DNA from: an uncultured Gammaproteobacteria bacterium
GTDB taxonomy: Bacteria; Pseudomonadota; Gammaproteobacteria; Chromatiales; Chromatiaceae
Length of the DNA: 32,000 nt
Direction of reading: 5' to 3'
Assembly (NCBI GenBank): GCA_963775335.1
Contig: CAVZIJ010000003.1
Coordinates: forward strand, 1,538,463 to 1,570,462
Shown one piece after another: positions 7,787-14,468 of this stretch; the stretch's first letter is position 1; every line of letters starts with the position of its first letter. The notes beneath the pieces were generated by a model that ran no database searches, was not told the DNA's origin, and was given only the letters and a program-made list of their open reading frames with translations. The position numbers and the translations under genes are program-made.

Positions 7787-8512
7787 TCAGGTTCCGGCCC
7801 AGCCGCGGAGCCGCGCCCGCAATGCTTCAAGCGACATCCACGGCTTTCCCCGGTGCAGCATACGGTGGCAGTTGGCGCACACGATGGCCAGGTCATCCAG
7901 CCAGGTCTTCTGACCGGGCTTCAGGTCCGCTAAGGGCTTGATGTGATGACACTCCGCGAATCCGCGGCCCAGATCCCCGTATGTGGCCTCGAAATCGAAC
8001 CCGCAGACCTCACACTGCAGCTTGCGTGTCTCCTGCAGAACCTTGGCCTTCTCCTTCCTGGCGAGGTTGGGCTGGCGCTCCCGGTACTTGTGCATCCTGA
8101 CCGGCACCTGGCCCTCCTGCGCCTCCTCGTCTTCGTCAACGCCTGGCAGATCCCCCGCCGGGGCTGGGGCCTTCAGGGTGTGCGAACGGATCGCTGTGGC
8201 GACCTGGTGAAGGCGCGGAAGGTCGTGGGTGAATTCGTTCCAGATCAGCTCCTCAAAATGCCCGCCCCGCTCAAGTCCCGCCCCTGGGTAATCGGGATCG
8301 AGCCGCAGGAAGTTGCTCAGCTTCCTGCCAACGCTGTTGGCGTTGCGGTACTTCCGGTCGTGGCGGTGGCCACCCTGGAGCGGCAGCGTGTTCAGGAGGT
8401 CACTGAGTTCGATGACGGCGGGGTGGGTCTTGGAGCCCCGAGCGGACAGCTCCCGGAAGTACAGGTCCAGGGCCAAGATCACTTCATCGCGTGTCCATGC
8501 GGGGTTCGACAT
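7787..8512 (-). CDS. HNH endonuclease (COG3183 / McrA-like putative restriction endonuclease)
   Basis: The C-terminal CEVCGFDF..ECHHIKPL..LAIVCANCHRMLH is an HNH / Zn-finger nuclease motif. The N-terminal WTRDEVILALDLYF..NANSVGRKLSNFLRLDP domain is the one commonly fused to this HNH class. Confidence 0.8.
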   Translation of the reverse strand: MSNPAWTRDEVILALDLYFRELSARGSKTHPAVIELSDLLNTLPLQGGHRHDRKYRNANSVGRKLSNFLRLDPDYPGAGLERGGHFEELIWNEFTHDLPRLHQVATAIRSHTLKAPAPAGDLPGVDEDEEAQEGQVPVRMHKYRERQPNLARKEKAKVLQETRKLQCEVCGFDFEATYGDLGRGFAECHHIKPLADLKPGQKTWLDDLAIVCANCHRMLHRGKPWMSLEALRARLRGWAGT

Positions 8513-8693
8513 GGCGGAAGTCTACCGCAGACGGTCCCACCTGGTGAGAGGCCCTCGATGCCCACTCTCACCTTGATTGTCGCGCCGCACCCAGGCATGC
8601 TCTTCCAGGAGTGCCATGAGGACATCTATGACCGCTTGGCGGCCCCCACGCCCCGGACTTCGCAAATGATTTGGACAAAACGATCCCCGTGAT

Positions 8694-9296
8694 ATGGGCG
8701 GTCCAGGCAGCGGTCGCTGGTCACGGTCGGGGAAGAAGTGGCCGCGTGACGACCGTCCTACGATCGACATGCGCGATCTGAAGAAGATGGGCTGGCTACA
8801 GTTCGGCTGCGGAGTAACCCGCACTCTCCAATGGATGTCGCTGCTCGGAACATCCGGGTTTGCGGTGCGCGTTTACGGGAGCTGCCTGGAACTCGAATAC
8901 GGTTTCCAGAGCTTTAATGGCCGAGTCGAACATGTGAAGGAGCGTGTCCGGCTCGTTGCGACCGCGTCTCACTTTGGCGGCGCGCGCAGGTGGATCGAAT
9001 GTCCCGAGTGTAAGCGCCGGGTGGTGGCGGTCTATGGCGTCGGAAGACACTTCCGCTGCCGGCACTGCCACGAGTTGACATACAACACGGCCCAAGAGGC
9101 CAAGTACTTCCGACCGCTCCGGAAGGCGCAGAAGATGCGCAAGCGGCTGGGTGGATCGAAGAGTTTGTTGGAGCCCTTTCCGACAAAGCCCCCCGGGATG
9201 CACTGGGCGACCTACGAGCGGCTCTTCTTCGGCTCCATCGCCAGCGAGCGGAGCTGTTTTGACGAGGAGGCGCGGCGACTCGGTCTGACTGACTAG
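8694..9296 (+). CDS. hypothetical Zn-ribbon protein (CxxC..CxxC)
   Basis: 200-aa ORF beginning MGGPGSGRW. It contains CPECKRRVVAVYGVGRHFRCRHCHELTY, a four-Cys zinc ribbon. It is divergent from the HNH gene and convergent with the PARG-like gene. Confidence 0.55.
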   Translation: MGGPGSGRWSRSGKKWPRDDRPTIDMRDLKKMGWLQFGCGVTRTLQWMSLLGTSGFAVRVYGSCLELEYGFQSFNGRVEHVKERVRLVATASHFGGARRWIECPECKRRVVAVYGVGRHFRCRHCHELTYNTAQEAKYFRPLRKAQKMRKRLGGSKSLLEPFPTKPPGMHWATYERLFFGSIASERSCFDEEARRLGLTD

Positions 9297-9393
9297 ACAG
9301 GCCTTTGTCTCCGCAGTCCCCTTCACTCTTGTTCGAGTCATTGTCAGGGACGTGCAGTCACCGCAGGGAGCGGACTGAAGTCTTCCTGGGCCG

Positions 9394-10221
9394 TCATGAG
9401 AAGACCTCTCGGAAGGGCCCCAGAAAGCGCCTCCCAGGTGACCAGTCCGTGATCGCAAACGCAACGTCCGAGAAAAACCCCGAGAACGGGCCTTCAAGGG
9501 CGTGGCGAAAGTCTTGCGCTGTTCGGATAGGATCGTTCTCGAAAGCACCGCAGCCCCACGCTCCGAGGACAATCGCGTCATGACGGAACGAGCGAGCGAC
9601 TTCCAGAACGCGGTGGATGCGCCTTTCTAGGAGATCGCCGGCCCTCGGCTGCCCTATCCTTGGCGCGTACGGAGCCGCGCAAGTTATGAAGCTGAGAAGC
9701 CAAGGCCGGTCCAGGGGGGTCCCATCGTCGAGTCGAAAGACCGGCACGTCCGGCGAATAGATAACCCAATCGGTTGAATCGGGAAGAGGGCGCCCCCTGT
9801 GCTGGTCATACATGGGATCTCCGACCAATGTTCTCCACAAGGCGCTCGATCGGCACAGCACCTCCTCCTGGGCCCTGGCTCCATTGAGGAAGCCTCCTCC
9901 GGGGTGAACCCCATTGGCAAAGTTCAGTGCCACGGGGCGCAGTCCTTTCTCCACCAGGCGCCGCCCGGCTTGGAGGGTTGTCTCGTTGGAAACCTGAACC
10001 CGAGTAATGGGCGTAACGACTTGCTTCCCGGGGCTCAAAGGGATGCCCGGCGGAACACTCTTCTTCGCCGCGTGGGCGTTGCTAACCTCGGCACTCCAGT
10101 CCACCCGCCTGGCAGCACTGTCTAGGTAATAGCCGATGTCGGTGGCCTCGACTGCCGATCTGCCCATTTCTGCGGCCCTGTACCGCTTAATGTCCAGTTC
10201 CTGGCGCCGAGAGGTCGCCAT
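9394..10221 (-). CDS. bacterial-type poly(ADP-ribose) glycohydrolase-like macrodomain protein (TIGR02452/DUF2263 type)
   Basis: LNFANGVHPGGGFLNGARAQEEVLCRSS carries the GGG-X8-QEE PARG signature, and AWGCGAFENDP lies near the C-terminus. The preferred start is the ATG at 10221 (276 aa). The track ORF extends to 10407, but that extension looks non-homologous. Confidence 0.8.
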   Translation of the reverse strand: MATSRRQELDIKRYRAAEMGRSAVEATDIGYYLDSAARRVDWSAEVSNAHAAKKSVPPGIPLSPGKQVVTPITRVQVSNETTLQAGRRLVEKGLRPVALNFANGVHPGGGFLNGARAQEEVLCRSSALWRTLVGDPMYDQHRGRPLPDSTDWVIYSPDVPVFRLDDGTPLDRPWLLSFITCAAPYAPRIGQPRAGDLLERRIHRVLEVARSFRHDAIVLGAWGCGAFENDPIRTAQDFRHALEGPFSGFFSDVAFAITDWSPGRRFLGPFREVFS

Positions 10222-10910
10222 GTCCTCGGAGTCCAGGCAGGCAAGCAGTGTTAGTCTCGTCCTTTGGTCTTGCACGGCGCCCTCCCGCCCCCAGTCTCGC
10301 ACCCAGGAGTAGCGCGTCTGGGAGACCGAGTCAACGTCCTCCCACTCCCACTCGGTTCGGTCGGGCCAGCCCCCCCGATGACCTGGTTTTGCGACCCCCC
10401 CTTCCAAGCTCTCATGAGTTCTCCGAGTGGCTTCCCAGAGTGGTGCGACGAGCGTGAACCCCTTCGCGCCAGCTCATCTGCCCCGTCGCGCAGCCTGAGA
10501 GGCGCGCAGAGGCGCGATCTGCCCGAGGCGGCATCTGGGGGCGGGGCGAATCTCCCTGGGTCTCGCCGCGGGGTTCGCCTGGCACTCCAAGCGGTACGCC
10601 CAGAGCCGCGAAGACCGGGCGCGGTACGCTGTTGCCGATGATGGGGCGCCGGCAAAGAAGCCCGCCCTGTGGAGCCACCCGGACCCCGTGCCGCCGTGGG
10701 ATAGGAGGCGTCGCCAGTCCCCGCGGGATGACGGAGATCGGCCAGAACCGGACATCCTGGCATGACCGAAACCGTGGTACGTTGTGCATTCCGCTGAACC
10801 CTGCCACCCATTCCACGTGAAAGCTGCCACCCAGACCACGTGAAGCCTGCCACCCATTCCGGGGCAAGGCGGCCACCTGTCGGAGCGAAGCGACGCGGGG
10901 TATGGCATTG

Positions 10911-11615
10911 TTAATCGGACGGGGTGGTCTGCGTCAACTTGGTTTGGCGTTTGCGCATGGATTCTCCCTTCAGATGGATCCCGTAGGCGCTATGGACCAG
11001 GCGGTCGAGGATGGCATCGGCGAGGGTCGGATCGCCGATCACCTCGTGCCAGTGCTCGAGCGGTAATTGACTGGTCACGATCGTGGAGCGGCTGCCGTGC
11101 CGATCGTCGATCAGCTCCAGCAGATCGCGGCGTTGCTCGGCGGTGAGCTTGGTCAGCCCCCAGTCGTCCAGGATGATGAGATCGGTCTTGGCGATGGCGC
11201 TCATGAGCTTGGTGAAGCGACGATCGCCATGGGCCAGGCCCAGTTCCTCGAACAGCCTGGGGGTGCGCAGGTACAGGGCCGTGTAGCCCTCGCGGCAGGC
11301 CTTGTGCGCCAGGGCGCAGGCGATCCAGGTCTTACCCACGCCGGTGGGGCCGTTGATGATGAGGTTCAGTCCCTCGCGGATCCATTGGCCGCTGCCCAGT
11401 TGCCTGATCAAGGCCTTATCCAAGCCACGCGGGGAGCGGTAATCGAGATCCTCGAGGCAGGCATTGTGCTTGAGCCTGGCCTTGCTTAGCCGGCCCTGCA
11501 GTCGGCGATCCTCGCGTGAGGTCATCTCCCGGTCGACGAGCAGCCCGAGCCGCTCCTCGAAGGACAGGGTCTGGATATCGGGGATCCGGTGCTGCTCCAG
11601 GAGTGCCTGGTGCAT
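10911..11615 (-). CDS. istB: IstB-like AAA+ ATPase (IS21 helper), native N-terminus and start codon lost
   Basis: LNLIINGPTGVGKTWIACALAHKACREGY (Walker A), DLIILDDWGL (Walker B) and GDPTLADAILDRLVHSAYGIHLKGESMRK are the IstB signature. The frame continues upstream as ..SSDKLQSLRLAGM without a start, ending at the deletion junction near 11650. Confidence 0.85.
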   Translation of the reverse strand: MHQALLEQHRIPDIQTLSFEERLGLLVDREMTSREDRRLQGRLSKARLKHNACLEDLDYRSPRGLDKALIRQLGSGQWIREGLNLIINGPTGVGKTWIACALAHKACREGYTALYLRTPRLFEELGLAHGDRRFTKLMSAIAKTDLIILDDWGLTKLTAEQRRDLLELIDDRHGSRSTIVTSQLPLEHWHEVIGDPTLADAILDRLVHSAYGIHLKGESMRKRQTKLTQTTPSD

Positions 11616-11650
11616 GCCGGCCAGGCGCAGGCTCTGGAGTTTGTCCGACG

Positions 11651-11701
11651 ACTCTGCCCGCCCTCGAACTTCAATCTCAGGACCTGTTTGATCTTACGCA
11701 T
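11651..11701 (-). pseudogene. istA: istA 5' remnant (MRKIKQVLRLKFEGGQS) with its own RBS
   Basis: ATG at 11701 is preceded by GAGAGG. The first 17 codons match the conserved IS21-family IstA N-terminal HTH start. The reading frame then runs into istB sequence out of frame. Confidence 0.6.
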
Positions 11702-12476
11702 GGATAACCTCTCTGCTGACATCTGCCCCGTCCTCAACCAGTGAAAACGGGGCAGCATACCGGTGTGGTTATCCCGCGCCGGGATCGCTCCCAACCCCCC
11801 TGTCCGGGGGGTGGCAGGCTTGCCGTGGAATGGGTGGCAGCTTTGCTATGGAATCAGTGGCAGGGTTCGACCGGAATACGCACGTTATATCGCTAATTAC
11901 GATAATATAGTCCAATAAATATCGTTATTTAAGATATTAATCTCTGTGTATAGTACGAGTCGTATTCGAAAAGCAACCATCCCCGGGCCGCCGCGAACTG
12001 GTCAGTGCCGTTGGCGCGGCCGACGGCAGGGACCCGCCGACGGGGCCGAAACCGCCGGCTCGCGGAGCCCCGGGGACCTGAGCATCGGCAATCCGGCCTG
12101 TCGCCGATGTTTATCGACCCTGGGTCGGGAACAGGAGAACGGGAGAACAGACGATGATTGCGGTACGGGTCGTCATGAACTGAAGTTTTGTACTTTCTCA
12201 GTGTCGCAATTATCGACCGTCGGGAATGCGCGTGAAACAGTCGCGGTGACGTAGCGCGTCGGGATTTCTTCATCTTCAGAACGTTAGTATATTATTGACT
12301 ACAGGATGGTCGCCATATTAGTGCATGCTTATAGATGATCAGCCGCCCGCAGAACGCGCTGACAGCCGCATAATTGCGAGAAAAAACAGTCGCTTAAACG
12401 TGAATAGGGGCTCGATTCGAGGTATAATCAAGGTTGCACAAGCCAATGATTTACCAACAAAAAGAGCCCCTACTCG

Positions 12477-13808
12477 ATGCCTATCTTACGCACTCTCGCC
12501 AACGATTTCCAAGCCCTGTTTCCGGCCAACGACAAGGGTCAGGAGCGCTTTCGCTGGCTCATCCTGACATTGCAAGCGATCGTCGTGCCGATCACCGCCT
12601 CGCGCACCTCCAACTTGTTGCGGGCCATCGAGACACTGTTCGGTGTGAGTATCGCCGAGTGGCGCTACTACACCTTCATGGCTTCAGTGAAGCTGCCCTG
12701 GGAGCGGCTGTGGAATCTGCTCTGGCGGCGTATCCCCAGCCCGTTGAGCGATGGGCGTCTGCTGCTGGCGCTTGATGATTCCATCAACCCGAAGACCGGC
12801 AAACACATCTTCGGCTGCCAGCGTACCTTCGATCATGCGGCCAAGACCAACCAGACGCGCTATCCGTGGGCGCAGACCATCCTCACCGTGGGGCTGCTCA
12901 AGAAAATCCACGGGCGCTGGGCCTGCTTGCCGCTGGCCTTCGCTTTTTATCTGCGCCGCAAGAGCTTGGAGGGCGCCGATCTGAAACTGCGCCGCCAGTC
13001 GCTGGTCTTTCGCAGCAAGTTCGAGCAGGCCGTGCGGCTGATCGCACAGCTTGGCAGTGTCTTCAAGAACGCGCCGATGCTGATCGCCACTGACAGCTGG
13101 TTCGGCAACAACGGACTGTTCAAGCCGTTGCGAGAGCAGCTCGGTACGCGCGCCCATCTGCTCTCGCGGTTGCGGGTCAACTCCGCTCTCTACGCACTCC
13201 CCGAACCAGCGAAGAAGGGTAGCGGCGGAAGACCCAGGAAATATGGCAATCGTCTCGGTAACGCGACACAGTTGGCCGATGCGATGCGCAAGCATGCCAG
13301 CACCTATACGCTGCATGTGTACGGGGACCTGCGCGAGGTCGTGGCCGCCCAGCGTATCGTGATGCTCAAGACCTTGCGCTGCCGTGTGCGTGTCGTCTGG
13401 GTCTACCGCAAGAGCCAATGGGTTGCGCTGCTGACCACGGACCTTGATCTCAGCGTCGAGCAGATCATCGAATACTACTCGGCGCGGTGGAAAATCGAAG
13501 CGGGGTTCCGCGAGATCAAACAAGAGATCGGCAGCACCGAGACTCAGACGCGCAAACCCGAGTCGGTTACCAATCACCTGCATTTCTGCATGGCAGCCAC
13601 CACCATCACCTGGATCTACGCCGAGCACTTGCCTCAAGCCCCGGCGCGGCGCTACGCTTCGCAAAAGACCACCGAGTTTGCCTTCGGGGACGCACGAAGG
13701 TCCCTCGCCAAACACCTGGCCAACGAGGGTTTTGGTATCAATTGCCAGAATTCGCGCAAACCGGATCGAAATCCTTTGATCTCAACTATCATGCGCCTCG
13801 TCGCGTGA
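12477..13808 (+). CDS. DDE transposase, IS4/IS701/IS1634-like (443 aa)
   Basis: Candidate DDE residues lie in LLLALDDSINPKTGK, LIATDSWFGNNG and YYSARWKIEAGFREIKQEIG (the Y-x2-R-x3-E-x6-K block). A TATAAT at 12423-12428 lies upstream. I could not define the IS ends. Confidence 0.8.
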   Translation: MPILRTLANDFQALFPANDKGQERFRWLILTLQAIVVPITASRTSNLLRAIETLFGVSIAEWRYYTFMASVKLPWERLWNLLWRRIPSPLSDGRLLLALDDSINPKTGKHIFGCQRTFDHAAKTNQTRYPWAQTILTVGLLKKIHGRWACLPLAFAFYLRRKSLEGADLKLRRQSLVFRSKFEQAVRLIAQLGSVFKNAPMLIATDSWFGNNGLFKPLREQLGTRAHLLSRLRVNSALYALPEPAKKGSGGRPRKYGNRLGNATQLADAMRKHASTYTLHVYGDLREVVAAQRIVMLKTLRCRVRVVWVYRKSQWVALLTTDLDLSVEQIIEYYSARWKIEAGFREIKQEIGSTETQTRKPESVTNHLHFCMAATTITWIYAEHLPQAPARRYASQKTTEFAFGDARRSLAKHLANEGFGINCQNSRKPDRNPLISTIMRLVA

Positions 13809-13831
13809 GGAAAAACAAGAAACTTCAGGTC

Positions 13832-14452
13832 ATGAAGTTTACCAACGAGCCATTGAAGCGCACGCCGGTGGTGCTGCGGATGGATGCGGACGGGCTCGAG
13901 ACGGCCGCTGTCCTGACGGATCGCTCCGGTGTCGCGCAATTCGAGCTTCCTCCGGGCAGCGGCAAGGTTCTGGTATCGGGCGTCGAACGCTATCACGGTC
14001 GTCTGGTCGACGAGATCCTGGTCGACCTCTGGTCCATTACGCAGTCCGAGAACAATTCCGCCGGGGCGCCCGGCGAATTTCCTGCGGGCAGCAATGCCTA
14101 TCCGGGCATGAGCACCCGATCTGTCTCAGTGGACGGCCGGATGATCCTGACCGACAGCGAAGGCTATTTGGTAGATCCGACCGACTGGTCCGAGGGGTTC
14201 TCCAGAGTCCAGGCGGCGAATGAAGGCGTGGAGCTCAATACCGAGCACTGGGAGGTCATCCGGTTTCTGCGTGAGCGCTATGCCAAGCAGGGCTACCAGG
14301 CCAGCGTGCGCGACATGATCCGCCATTTTCGCCAGGTGTGGGGTGCGACGAGAGGCTCCAATCGCTACCTGCATAGGCTGTTTCCCCGGGGTGGACCGCA
14401 GAAGCAGGGCAACCGTCTGGCCGGGTTGTTGCGAACCAAGGGCGAGCATTGA
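13832..14452 (+). CDS. DsrC/TusE-family protein without cysteines, with a ~100-aa N-terminal beta-rich extension
   Basis: The C-terminal half is ILTDSEGYLVDPTDWSEGFSRVQAANEGVELNTEHWEVIRFLRERY..GSNRYLHRLFPRGGPQKQGNRLAGL. It aligns by eye with E. coli TusE (..[53 protein letters not shown].KCI). The protein ends LLRTKGEH and contains no Cys. The stop lies 17 nt upstream of ptsP. Confidence 0.75.
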   Translation: MKFTNEPLKRTPVVLRMDADGLETAAVLTDRSGVAQFELPPGSGKVLVSGVERYHGRLVDEILVDLWSITQSENNSAGAPGEFPAGSNAYPGMSTRSVSVDGRMILTDSEGYLVDPTDWSEGFSRVQAANEGVELNTEHWEVIRFLRERYAKQGYQASVRDMIRHFRQVWGATRGSNRYLHRLFPRGGPQKQGNRLAGLLRTKGEH

Positions 14453-14468
14453 AGGAAGGCGTTGCGCA

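Larger units (their letters stand above)
10783..11882 (-). mobile_element. IS21-family insertion sequence with an internal deletion of istA (about 1.1 kb; both terminal repeat blocks intact)
   Basis: Lower end: TGTGCATTCCGCTGAACCCTGCCACCCATTCCACGTGAAAGCTGCCACCCAGACCACGTGAAGCCTGCCACCC.. Reverse complement of the upper end: TGCGTATTCCGGTCGAACCCTGCCACTGATTCCATAGCAAAGCTGCCACCCATTCCACGGCAAGCCTGCCACCC.. These are ~90-bp imperfect IRs, each with three ~23-bp CTGCCACC-containing subrepeats. Inside are the first 17 codons of istA fused out of frame to an istB that lacks its own start. Confidence 0.85.

Noticed and set aside
10222-10407. 62-codon N-terminal extension of the PARG-like ORF
   Set aside because: The extension (MEGGVAKPGHRGGWPDRTEWEWED..) has no similarity to the family as I know it. 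The internal ATG at 10221 gives the usual ~275-aa size. It may be a fused remnant of an upstream gene.
10801-11870. Regularly spaced ~23-bp repeats (CTGCCACCCA...) that might suggest a CRISPR-like array
   Set aside because: There are only three units per block, the blocks are in inverted orientation at the two ends of an istB-containing element, and there are no unique spacers of constant length. These are IS21-family terminal multi-repeats.
14343-14468. Upstream extension of ptsP overlapping the dsrC-like gene
   Set aside because: The extension overlaps the previous gene's 3' end in another frame. The ATG at 14469 has a strong GAAGGAAGG RBS and begins the GAF domain.
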